From the NCBI GenBank assembly GCA_037133595.1, contig JBAXNV010000002.1:1-58405 (forward strand): a stretch of 58,405 bases of DNA, in the 5' to 3' direction. The position numbers were made by a program, and so were the translations under genes. Source of the DNA: a bacterium. GTDB taxonomy: Bacteria; Patescibacteriota; Microgenomatia; UBA1400; UBA12108. Numbering within the stretch: the stretch's first letter is position 1; every line of letters begins with the position of its first letter. Below are positions 46,535-55,552 of the stretch, one piece after another. The notes under the pieces were generated by a model, which saw nothing but the letters and a program-made list of their open reading frames with translations, had not been told where the DNA came from and did not search any database.

Positions 46535-46798
46535 ATGCCAATCATCAAATCAGCCATCAAAAAATTAAGAGTAGACAAAAAAAGAGCCGCTATTAACTTG
46601 CCAGTAAGAGCCAGAGTAAAATCGACAATGAAAGCTGCTAGAACTTTGGGAGATAAAGTGAGCGTAGCTGCTGCTTTTAGTGCTTTGGATAAAGCAGTAA
46701 ATCACAATCTAATGACTAAAAATGGTGTTGCCAGGCTAAAATCTAGGTTAACAAAGATGATTAAGGTTAAAGGTAAAATAAACCCTTTTTCTAAGTAA
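46535..46798 (+). CDS. rpsT: 30S ribosomal protein bS20
   Basis: 87 aa with a basic helical sequence. MPIIKSAIKKLRVDKKRAAINLPVRARVKS is typical of bS20. Confidence 0.93.
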   Translation: MPIIKSAIKKLRVDKKRAAINLPVRARVKSTMKAARTLGDKVSVAAAFSALDKAVNHNLMTKNGVARLKSRLTKMIKVKGKINPFSK

Positions 46799-46822
46799 GA
46801 AGTTTGCTATACTGGGTATTGT

Positions 46823-47395
46823 ATGAAACTGCCCAATATAAGTAAGCGTAGACGCCAAGTAAACTTGCTCCCTAGAGATCCTTTCGAAAAAAGTTGGTGG
46901 GGCATTGCCCTTTCTTGGGCGTTAACTTTTGGCAAGTGGTCGGTGATCGTAACACAATTAATAGTAACAATAGTTTTCGTTACCCGCTTTGGTTATGATC
47001 GTCAATTGACTGATCTAAATAAAAATATTGCCACTCAGGTATCTATAATAAAGTCACACAGTGAAATTGAACGCGATTATATTTTGACTCAGAAAAGAGT
47101 AACGTACGCTGGTACTATTTTATCCCAAAACAATACAATGGTGAGCATGTTAGACAAACTACAAAGTCAAACACCTGTTGATGTTTGGTATGAAAGATTG
47201 ACGATTGGGTCAAAATCAACTTCGATTGTGGCGGATGCTGGGTCGCTACCTGGATTTAGTCAGCTCATTAGAAGTTTCTCAACGGACAAGGCATACGACT
47301 CTGTATCGATAAATAACCTACAAGATGGAACAAAAAGAGGAGCTCGCTTCCAATTTGACATTACACTTGCATATACAGGGAGCAATGGCAAATGA
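46823..47395 (+). CDS. pilN: Type IV pilus alignment protein PilN-like
   Basis: 190 aa with an N-terminal VNLLPRD (the PilM-binding INLLP consensus), one TM helix, a coiled coil and a ferredoxin-like C-terminal part. Confidence 0.7.
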   Translation: MKLPNISKRRRQVNLLPRDPFEKSWWGIALSWALTFGKWSVIVTQLIVTIVFVTRFGYDRQLTDLNKNIATQVSIIKSHSEIERDYILTQKRVTYAGTILSQNNTMVSMLDKLQSQTPVDVWYERLTIGSKSTSIVADAGSLPGFSQLIRSFSTDKAYDSVSINNLQDGTKRGARFQFDITLAYTGSNGK

Positions 47396-48087
47396 GCGTT
47401 TCCACCAAATCTCAAGTGAATAGATTTTGGCATTACTCCAACTATTTGCTTAAATATAAAGATAATATTGGAGTAAGAGCAACTCTTACGATTATATTGT
47501 CCGTAGTGCTAATGAGCATCTTCTTAATTTTTGCGATTAAACCTACGCTTATGAAAATATTTGAACTGAGAACTCAAATTGCAGAATCAAATAAAACATT
47601 AGCAAAATTAACTCTGAAAGCCAACACGCTCACTCGTATCGCCCAAAACTGGGAAAATATTAGCTCTAAGCAAATATTTTTACAAAATGCGATTCCGCTA
47701 GGCCCTCAATATCGAACTTATAACAAAGAAATTGGATATCTTGCACAACAGACAGGTGTTTCAATTCTGAGTCTAACCTTGGGCAAAGTGCTTGTGTACG
47801 CCGAAAAAGTTGACCCTTACCTTGCTAGTTCCAAACTAGAAATGACTCCGATCCCTGTAACGATACGAATTGGTGGTAGTTATGACCAATTATTAACTTT
47901 CCTACAACAATTAGTTACGATTGATAGAATAATGAAGCTCGAGAGCATAACTATGACACCAGATACAATGGTAGGATCGACTAGTAAATATGCATTAACA
48001 ATGAATATCACCGGAACGGTATATTATATGGCAGATACCACTCTATTATCACCATTTGTAGATTGGGCCGAAAAAATTCAAAAATAA
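47392..48087 (+). CDS. pilO: Type IV pilus alignment protein PilO-like
   Basis: 231 aa with a TM helix, a coiled coil and the C-terminal segment IRIGGSYDQLLTFLQQLVTIDRIMKLESITM typical of PilO. It has an ATGA overlap with pilN. Confidence 0.65.
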   Translation: MSVSTKSQVNRFWHYSNYLLKYKDNIGVRATLTIILSVVLMSIFLIFAIKPTLMKIFELRTQIAESNKTLAKLTLKANTLTRIAQNWENISSKQIFLQNAIPLGPQYRTYNKEIGYLAQQTGVSILSLTLGKVLVYAEKVDPYLASSKLEMTPIPVTIRIGGSYDQLLTFLQQLVTIDRIMKLESITMTPDTMVGSTSKYALTMNITGTVYYMADTTLLSPFVDWAEKIQK

Positions 48088-48091
48088 TCAT

Positions 48092-48397
48092 ATGATCGCA
48101 AATACAACAGTCACAATTAATAAAACCCTTTATCAAGTAATGATCTTGTCGTTTTTTGGCGTACTTATGTGGGTGGGGTGGGGTATCTATCAAGCCATGA
48201 TCGTCCCAACCAAGTTGCCCGTAGATGCTCAAATTCTTGAGCCTATGCCGAACTCATTTGATGAAAAGGTAATGGAAGATATTGCAGGTCGAATACAACT
48301 CTCAACCAACGTAAATGAACTTATGTTACAAAATGAACCAAAGATAGTAATAAGTAGCGCAAGTGCTAACTCCACTGTATCTGGAACTGCAAAATAA
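48092..48397 (+). CDS. Small single-pass membrane protein, function unknown
   Basis: 101 aa with one TM helix (VMILSFFGVLMWVGWGIY). It starts 4 nt after pilO. Confidence 0.45.
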   Translation: MIANTTVTINKTLYQVMILSFFGVLMWVGWGIYQAMIVPTKLPVDAQILEPMPNSFDEKVMEDIAGRIQLSTNVNELMLQNEPKIVISSASANSTVSGTAK

Positions 48398-48445
48398 ATT
48401 AAATTGCTCGTTGTGGGGGATATTTTTTTCGTGCTAGTATGAATT

Positions 48446-49801
48446 GTGGCAGTATTGACGCGTAAATTTCCAGCGATTATTGGGGTGCTTGTTTTATTGG
48501 TGGGCATTGGATTTGGGGTGTGGTATGTAAACTCCAAAAAAACTGATCAAAACACTGATGTCGTGCCAAATAATGTCAAAATTACAAATACCGCCGATAA
48601 TAAATTTACTGTATCTTGGACTACAAACATCGCAACAACTGGTAAGGTGAAATATGGAAAGTTGACAGACAAATTAACGCAAGAGGCAGTGGATGAAAGA
48701 GACTCATTGGGATCTAGTTCGGGAGGATACCTAACCCATCATATTAACGTAAAAGATCTGCAACCCTCTACGGCATACGCTTTTCGAATAGAATCAGGGC
48801 AAAGCAAAACACTATTTGATAATAATGGCTCCCCGTATAGCATAACCACAGGACCCACAATTGCCGCAACGCCTCCCGCGGACACGATTTACGGGCAAGT
48901 CCAACAAGTTTCTACCCTGCCAGCCGATGGAGCAATTGTATACCTTACAATGCCTGGCGCAGCTCCCGTTTCTACCTTGGTTAAATCCTCTGGAGCATAC
49001 ACTATACCTTTGTCTATTGTGCGAACTAATGATTTGAAGGCATACGTTAATTACGACCCGAAAGCAACCATCATGAAAATAATGGTAGAACAAGGTAAAC
49101 AACAAGCTAATGCAGATGTTAGTACTACAAACTCTGCACCTGTACCAATGATTACCCTCGGAAAGACGCATGATTTTCGCGCAACCCAAACTATCGATCC
49201 GAAAGTAGACCCAATAGTGGCACAAATTGTGCCATTAGTATCTTCGGCAAGTGCTGCTGCGAGTGCTTCTGCCAGCCCATTGGCAACAATAGCCCCAGTA
49301 TTTAATATTGAGGCTCTCGGAAGTGCATCTACTAGCGCAATGGTAACAATTACTAACCCCGCAGAAGAAGGAGAAAAACTATCATCTGCCAAACCAGAGT
49401 TGCGAGGAAAAGGCTCAAGCGGAACTGTATTATCATTGGTTGTGACATCTACAAAAAAAACTTATAAAGATACTGTTGCAATTGCCAACAATGGTCAGTG
49501 GTTGTGGGCACCAAGTACGGCACTTGCAAATGGGACATATACCCTAAGCCTCGCATACATTGATACAAAGAACAAAGAACAGACTGTTAAACGAAGTTTT
49601 GTAATCGATACCACTATTGCTACTCAGCCCGCATTCGTGTCGACACCCTCAGCTAGCATCAAACCATCGCCATCACCAAGAGTTGCGCTCCCAGCTACTG
49701 GTTCGGGAGTGCCTGTTACAGGGGTAATCGAAAATACCGTGTTGACAGTGATTTTCGCAACTGTCATTATGGTAGGAGGAGCCATGCTATTGGTTCTTTA
49801 A
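48446..49801 (+). CDS. Sortase-substrate surface protein (FN3-like, prealbumin-like and Ig-like domains; LPATG signal)
   Basis: 451 aa with a GTG start and an N-terminal signal/anchor. It has an FN3/PAP-N-like segment (FTVSWTT...GKVKYG...YAFRIESG). The C-terminus has LPATG followed by a hydrophobic helix. Confidence 0.75.
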   Translation: MAVLTRKFPAIIGVLVLLVGIGFGVWYVNSKKTDQNTDVVPNNVKITNTADNKFTVSWTTNIATTGKVKYGKLTDKLTQEAVDERDSLGSSSGGYLTHHINVKDLQPSTAYAFRIESGQSKTLFDNNGSPYSITTGPTIAATPPADTIYGQVQQVSTLPADGAIVYLTMPGAAPVSTLVKSSGAYTIPLSIVRTNDLKAYVNYDPKATIMKIMVEQGKQQANADVSTTNSAPVPMITLGKTHDFRATQTIDPKVDPIVAQIVPLVSSASAAASASASPLATIAPVFNIEALGSASTSAMVTITNPAEEGEKLSSAKPELRGKGSSGTVLSLVVTSTKKTYKDTVAIANNGQWLWAPSTALANGTYTLSLAYIDTKNKEQTVKRSFVIDTTIATQPAFVSTPSASIKPSPSPRVALPATGSGVPVTGVIENTVLTVIFATVIMVGGAMLLVL

Positions 49802-49807
49802 TAATAT

Positions 49808-51382
49808 ATGAATGACGATCAAATAATTAATCCCACCACCAATCTCAATCCTACAACGCCTGTTGTTCCCGTCGAACCCGTTACGGTTGAGCCACAGACA
49901 ACCATTGCCGAAGAGCCCATTAAGCTCGATGAGTTTGGTGTGGAGGTTGCTGCAGTAGCTACCGTTACTCCAACAGTAAATCAAATTGCATCTACAACTG
50001 TAGATCCAATTACACCCTATCCATTTGCTGCTCCAACACCCATCCCAGTACCAGAGACTACCCCAATTCTTGAGCCGGCTACCGTAGTTACAACCCCCGC
50101 GCCACAACAACCAGGTGAAGATCTACCACTAGCGTTTGCTGGAATTGGAAATGAGATAAAACCAATTACTGACTTACCTCAGAGCAAAGATGAGATAGTA
50201 AATATCCCAGCACCACTCCCCCCAGTTGAGGCAGAAGTGCCCAAGAAAAAAGGACTAGGTTCTAAAATCATCGTCAAGGTATTGATTGGAGTTGCTATTC
50301 TGGGATCGGTGATAGGTGGAGGATGGTACGCCTATGACTATTATTCAACAGCCGCGACGATTGCTAAACTTAGCACTGCCAGCATTAAGGCAGATTTAGC
50401 TGCTGGCAATATTAGTAAAGACGAGGCAAAAACAGCCCAAAAAGTTGTGGATCAAAGAGAGAAGCGAATAGATAATGCACCAGTTTATAATGATGGAAAT
50501 AAAGGTCAATATGAAAACGCAACTGGTCTTAACCCAACATTGCCAGAAAATCAAGCAGGGTTCCAGAACTATATGGTAGAAAAACAAAGTGGTAATGCTA
50601 ATCCAATTATTGGAGTGAATGACTGTAATGCTGATCAGATTTTTTGTGGAGATGGAGGGGGATTTTGCCTAAATAAAAATGAAAACAAGACATGCATACA
50701 GAGCGCGACCGAGAAAGGGATTACTGTAGTATCTGGGTATTTACTATGTACAAAAAATGAAAGTGGTAATTGGGTAGCGGATGCGAGTAAATATGTAACT
50801 GGCGCTAATCTGGATGCTGAAAATGCAAATTGTTCCGTTGCTGATGGGGCAGACAATGGATCTTTAATGACCCAATGCAAACCAGATGTTGTAGGGGCGT
50901 GCACTGAAGCCAATGGAGACATAATTAAATCTATGCCAAGTTGTTTTTGCGGAACAATACAGGTTGATTTGGGAACTAGCGGGCACAGAAGTTATAAGGG
51001 ATCTTGTGGGTGCGGAACTGCGGATAAAACTTCAACTACCGCCTCTACCCCTCCCAGCTCGACTCCACCCACCTCCGCAACGCCAACCCTTGCTTGTACA
51101 CAACTAATAAAGGATAAGGCGGATAGTGCCATAGCAATAGGTACCAAGATTACATTGACGTGTAGTGGTAGTACTGCTCCTGCGGGAGCAGCTACTCTAA
51201 CTTATAAATTTCGCTATAGTGTAAACAGTGGAACGCCAACAAGTCTCACCAACGTAACCACAACAACAGCTGCAATAACCCCAGATAGATGTGGCACCTA
51301 TAGCGTAGAGTGCCAAGCATGCGGAACAATAAATAATGCGGTCGTATGTGACCCTGTATGGAGCGCTGCTAGTGCGCAATAA
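49808..51382 (+). CDS. Type II membrane protein with a Pro/Thr/Val-rich cytoplasmic region and a Cys-rich external domain
   Basis: 524 aa with no signal peptide. PKKKGLGSK precedes the TM helix (IIVKVLIGVAILGSVIGGGW). About 20 cysteines lie in the external ~270 aa (CNADQIFCGDGGGFC, SCFCG, SCGCG, ECQACG). Confidence 0.6.
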   Translation: MNDDQIINPTTNLNPTTPVVPVEPVTVEPQTTIAEEPIKLDEFGVEVAAVATVTPTVNQIASTTVDPITPYPFAAPTPIPVPETTPILEPATVVTTPAPQQPGEDLPLAFAGIGNEIKPITDLPQSKDEIVNIPAPLPPVEAEVPKKKGLGSKIIVKVLIGVAILGSVIGGGWYAYDYYSTAATIAKLSTASIKADLAAGNISKDEAKTAQKVVDQREKRIDNAPVYNDGNKGQYENATGLNPTLPENQAGFQNYMVEKQSGNANPIIGVNDCNADQIFCGDGGGFCLNKNENKTCIQSATEKGITVVSGYLLCTKNESGNWVADASKYVTGANLDAENANCSVADGADNGSLMTQCKPDVVGACTEANGDIIKSMPSCFCGTIQVDLGTSGHRSYKGSCGCGTADKTSTTASTPPSSTPPTSATPTLACTQLIKDKADSAIAIGTKITLTCSGSTAPAGAATLTYKFRYSVNSGTPTSLTNVTTTTAAITPDRCGTYSVECQACGTINNAVVCDPVWSAASAQ

Positions 51383-51385
51383 AAT

Positions 51386-52219
51386 ATGAAACTAAACAAA
51401 AAAATAATATTTATTTCATTAGCTGTTTTTGCAGCTATAGTTAGTGCAGTTGCGGTGGTGTATTTTGTTCGGGGAACGACATCTGCTCCCACCCCAAGCC
51501 CAACTAATAAACCAATACCCACTATTGCGGCATCGCCAACAGTCGCGCCAATAATGCAAGTAGTACCGGTGACAAATGTTTGCAAGTTGACCTTTAATAT
51601 ACCATGTGGAAGTAGCACGCCAACGCCTTCAGTCTCTCCAAGTCCCTCAGCTGTCGTTGGAGCTAATCTAGACTGTTTGTATAAAAGAGTTTATGAAGAT
51701 GACTCTCGCAACCGAGCTGGATTTTATTATGTAGAAAAGCAAGTTACTGATACTTCAAGCCTCAAGGATGGTCAAAGTATTGTTTATAGTATTGCGGCAA
51801 AAAATCAAGGTGGAGCTTCCGCCTCCGATGTCGTTATTAGTGATGTGCTTTCATCGAGCTTAACATATGTTGACTCGGACAAAGATTGTACTTATGCAGC
51901 AAGTAGCCGCAAGGTTACCTGTACGATTGGGACACTTGCTGGAGGAGTTGAAACGAGCCGCTCAATTCGAGTCAAGATCGGAATTTCCAGCTCTACATCG
52001 ATTGAGAATACGGCCGAAGTGTTCTCGACAAATGGACAAAGAGATACGTGTAGCGTCAAAGTTGATGCTAGTGGTAAGGTGATAACTAGTGTTGAAACTA
52101 AAGTATCTACCGTAACAACCAAACTACCAACTGCTGGTGTGTTTGAAGTGACTGTTGGAACACTAGGAGCAGGAGTGGTCTTATTGTTACTCGGCGCTTT
52201 GGGACTCTTGGTGTTATAG
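51386..52219 (+). CDS. Sortase-substrate surface protein (DUF11-like repeat domain; LPTAG signal)
   Basis: 277 aa with a signal/anchor. It has a DUF11-type segment (VYSIAAKNQGGASASDVVISDVLSSSLTYV). The C-terminus has LPTAG followed by a hydrophobic helix. Confidence 0.75.
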   Translation: MKLNKKIIFISLAVFAAIVSAVAVVYFVRGTTSAPTPSPTNKPIPTIAASPTVAPIMQVVPVTNVCKLTFNIPCGSSTPTPSVSPSPSAVVGANLDCLYKRVYEDDSRNRAGFYYVEKQVTDTSSLKDGQSIVYSIAAKNQGGASASDVVISDVLSSSLTYVDSDKDCTYAASSRKVTCTIGTLAGGVETSRSIRVKIGISSSTSIENTAEVFSTNGQRDTCSVKVDASGKVITSVETKVSTVTTKLPTAGVFEVTVGTLGAGVVLLLLGALGLLVL

Positions 52220-52230
52220 AGATTTGATTG

Positions 52231-54612
52231 TTACTTCCAACTTGGAAATACTTTGAAGAGAGTGTCCCAATATACATTACTTATTGGATAACCATAATAA
52301 ACTGGTGTAAGGGCAATAAAGGTACCAAGGAATATCAAAATACATATTAGAGACCATTTCTTGGGAAGTTTTGCAAGAATAATCGAGCTAGGAATTGTGA
52401 GAAAAAATGCAGTGGGAAGATAGTGATAAAAAAACATAATGCGGGGTGAAAAGAACCAAGGAACAGTAAAAACACTACATATTAATAGTGGAATGTAATA
52501 TTTTCTAATTCGACTAAGTGCAAGAGCAAAAAATGAGAATAAGCCAAACCACAATAGAGCTGGATTGCCTTGAGCATATATATTACTCTTGACTCTATCT
52601 CCATACGCTACCCAATACCAAACTGGCCGAGCTACTGCGATCCATTGTAAGGGAGTAGATTGATAATCATGAGTGGCTACTAAGTGAGTGTGGTAATACC
52701 ACATTTGGCGATGAAGTTCGATAAACTGTTCGGTTGTATGGCCACTAAGAAAAAATGGTACAAAGCTAAGTAAATATACTATTACTGCAACCACAAGAAT
52801 TCGGATGGGGATAAATATATATGAAACAGCTAATTTGATAATGTTGCTTTTGGAAATATTGGGTATAGTAGATTGCAAATAAACTGCTGCCAATGGGATG
52901 ATGCCATATATAGCGCTCCATTTACTTGCAAGTGCAAGACCATAAAAGATCCCAGCAATTTTCCAACGTTTGGATAATGCTGATACCAAAGACCACACAA
53001 AGAACGCGAGCATGTAGGCATCATTCATACCTATGCGAGACTGCACAAGGTGCAAACCTTCAATGCTAACAAGAAACATGGCAAGTTGGGCAGTAGAGCG
53101 AGATGCTGTGAGTTTGAAAGTAAGAAAATATAAACCTATGATACTAATAACTCCCATGACAGCTGACCCAATGCGCCAACCAAAACTATTTTCGCCGAAA
53201 AGAAGCATTCCGATAGCCATCCCATATTTAGCAACTGGAGGATGAGTCCATTCATAGGCAAAGCCTTGGGGAGGAGTTGTCCACCATTCCCACGCGGCTA
53301 TATTGTTATGAAGATATTCCTTGGCGGTAAAGCCGTGATATACCTCATCAAAAATCATTGTTGGAGGTTGACTAAGATTGATTAAGCGAAGAAAAATTGC
53401 AATTAATACTATTAATATTTCTAACAGGTATTTCCTATAATCAAATCGCGGTCGAAAAGAAATAACACCCGTTAAGATTACGACTAACCAGGAAAAGACC
53501 GACAACAACCACTGATTAAATGGCCAAACTTGAGCATTGTTAACCCAATAAAGCGCTCCCCAAAGATTGCCGACATATAATAGGGAAAGTATCATTGTAA
53601 TAACATACGAAAAACAGGTCGTGGAACCAACTATAAGAAAAGGCAAGGCAAATAGTAAGTGTCTTTCGTGCATGCGAGTTGTAAAAGTGTAGAAACAAAG
53701 GAGAAGCTGACCTGCGACTAAAATCGCATGAGATTGATCAAATCCCTTTTTAGACCAATTGCGGATAATAGTAAATACGCAAAACGCAAATATCGCATAT
53801 CCAATTTGCGACGCGGTGAAACCAAGAATTGGAATGTTGTCCGGTGCCCAAAAAGTGCCTTGTACTGACCAAAGATTCCAGCCATTAATTGTGGTTCCGG
53901 GATACATGCTAGATTGATATGCCGATTGTTTGATAACAAACTCAAAAGCGCGAAGTGGTGCGGCTATCGTTAATGCTAATGAATTTGAAACGACTGCAGG
54001 TAATGCTGTAATTGTTAACGTGAGGATGCCAGTCACCAATAATTGTCCCAAAGCTTTCTTTTGCCAACCTAAGATTATAAATACGGGAGCTGTAATGAGC
54101 ATAATGGGTTTGATGGCGACAGCTAGTGCAAGCAATAATGCACTTCCCCATTTGTTTGATTTTTGTAATAACAATAACGCTAGAACTGTAAGAAGTGTGG
54201 GAATGCTATCTATCTGACCCCACCAGCCAGTGTTGAATAGAAATGGAGGAAAAAGCCATAATATGGCAAAAAGCAAATAATTTTTTGATTTGTAATTGTG
54301 GTGTATATAGTATATTAATATTGCCTCTATAATGAGCCAAAAAACACGAAAAAGATCTGCGAAAGCAAATGGAACAATATTGATCAAGCCTCTAATAAAA
54401 CCAAAAATTAACATGGGAAATGGAAGATAATCGCTCCAAACATTTTGATAGGTGGCAAATAGCCCATGAATCCAAACTTGATCTCCCCAAGCAGTAAATG
54501 TTCCCATATCGTATCCCTGAGGTATCTGAGAAAGAGCCAACAGGCGAAACATTATTCCCATTGCTGTGATTGTAAAAAAAGTGTATTTACTCTGCCAAAA
54601 ACGTTGCCACAT
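52231..54612 (-). CDS. Tandem GT-C membrane glycosyltransferase (Gpi18/ALG-like N-half plus PMT/GT39-like C-half)
   Basis: 793 aa and highly polytopic. The N-half has DMGTFTAWG, WGQIDS and MHERH. The C-half has the PMT-type acidic motif IFDEVYHGFTAKEYL. It overlaps the LCP gene by 26 nt. Confidence 0.75.
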   Translation of the reverse strand: MWQRFWQSKYTFFTITAMGIMFRLLALSQIPQGYDMGTFTAWGDQVWIHGLFATYQNVWSDYLPFPMLIFGFIRGLINIVPFAFADLFRVFWLIIEAILIYYIHHNYKSKNYLLFAILWLFPPFLFNTGWWGQIDSIPTLLTVLALLLLQKSNKWGSALLLALAVAIKPIMLITAPVFIILGWQKKALGQLLVTGILTLTITALPAVVSNSLALTIAAPLRAFEFVIKQSAYQSSMYPGTTINGWNLWSVQGTFWAPDNIPILGFTASQIGYAIFAFCVFTIIRNWSKKGFDQSHAILVAGQLLLCFYTFTTRMHERHLLFALPFLIVGSTTCFSYVITMILSLLYVGNLWGALYWVNNAQVWPFNQWLLSVFSWLVVILTGVISFRPRFDYRKYLLEILIVLIAIFLRLINLSQPPTMIFDEVYHGFTAKEYLHNNIAAWEWWTTPPQGFAYEWTHPPVAKYGMAIGMLLFGENSFGWRIGSAVMGVISIIGLYFLTFKLTASRSTAQLAMFLVSIEGLHLVQSRIGMNDAYMLAFFVWSLVSALSKRWKIAGIFYGLALASKWSAIYGIIPLAAVYLQSTIPNISKSNIIKLAVSYIFIPIRILVVAVIVYLLSFVPFFLSGHTTEQFIELHRQMWYYHTHLVATHDYQSTPLQWIAVARPVWYWVAYGDRVKSNIYAQGNPALLWFGLFSFFALALSRIRKYYIPLLICSVFTVPWFFSPRIMFFYHYLPTAFFLTIPSSIILAKLPKKWSLICILIFLGTFIALTPVYYGYPISNVYWDTLFKVFPSWK

Positions 54613-55552
54613 AATCTTTTAGATCATCATTTGGGATTAGTACCCATGCCCCACCAAAAGGTTTAAGGTTCTTGGGGTTAGTTAAATAATTTTCAATTGA
54701 ACCTGATTTAATATCACTACCACCAGTCTTATATAAAAGACCAAATTCAAAAAAACTACGAATATAATCATTTGAAATATCTGTATCAATCGAAGTTTGA
54801 AGACTGTTTTTTATTTGATTGAGGGTGCTCAAATTGAATATCGTTTGATTGCTAAGCATTTTGTTTTTAAGTGCAGTAATTATTTGTTGCTGTCTTTTGC
54901 CTCTTGCAAAATCTGTTCCCTCATCACCCAAAGCGTGGCGAGAACGAGCAAATTTGAGTGCTGTAATCCCATCCATGTGCTGATTACCTGCATCAAAATG
55001 AAGGTGTTCATAGCGATCAGACTCCGGTTCGGCATTTTCTTTGCCTGGAATGGGATATTTGTAATCATCGAATGAGTTTTGCACAACTATATCAACCCCG
55101 CCGATGGTATCAATGAGTTTAATAAATCCTGAAAAATTAATTACTGCTGAATAGTGTATTGGAATGCCGAGCACTTCTGTAAGAGCAGTGCGAGCAAGCT
55201 TGATACCTTCACCAGCTCCCTTTTCGTTGCCGTAGTGATATGCGGCATTAATTTTGATCTTAAAAGAGTCGACCCAGATGTCGCGAGGTACTGAAAGAAG
55301 TTTGACGCTATTGTCTTTGTGGCGCAGCGAAACTATAAGAATAGTGTCTGTGAGATCACCGCCTTCGTGCCCCTCACCACCCACCCCAAGTATTACTAAA
55401 TTGGTAATACCACTCTCCTGGATAAGTGGCTTGGCGTCAACAACAACTTGCACAACAGTGCTTGTTTGGCGAAAGTACCAGATTCCAAGACCTAAAAAGA
55501 AGGATATTAATATAACAAGCATGGATTGAAGAATGCTTTTTAGCTTAGACAT
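54587..55552 (-). CDS. LytR-CpsA-Psr (LCP) family glycopolymer transferase
   Basis: TM anchor, then NLVILGVGGEGHEGGDLTDTILIVSL and LLSVPRDIWV. I prefer the start MSKLKSIL at 55552. The longer ORF (to 55636) would overlap tpiA by 92 nt. Confidence 0.85.
   Translation of the reverse strand: MSKLKSILQSMLVILISFFLGLGIWYFRQTSTVVQVVVDAKPLIQESGITNLVILGVGGEGHEGGDLTDTILIVSLRHKDNSVKLLSVPRDIWVDSFKIKINAAYHYGNEKGAGEGIKLARTALTEVLGIPIHYSAVINFSGFIKLIDTIGGVDIVVQNSFDDYKYPIPGKENAEPESDRYEHLHFDAGNQHMDGITALKFARSRHALGDEGTDFARGKRQQQIITALKNKMLSNQTIFNLSTLNQIKNSLQTSIDTDISNDYIRSFFEFGLLYKTGGSDIKSGSIENYLTNPKNLKPFGGAWVLIPNDDLKDYVATFLAE

Noticed and set aside
48229-51618. Minus-strand ORFs inside the surface-protein block (48229-48537, 48812-49225, 49051-49392, 49787-50110, 50396-50587, 50635-50922, 51197-51379, 51298-51618)
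   Set aside because: They are antisense to plus-strand ORFs that have coherent signal peptide / domain / sorting-signal architecture. The antisense translations are Cys/Trp/Arg-rich noise.
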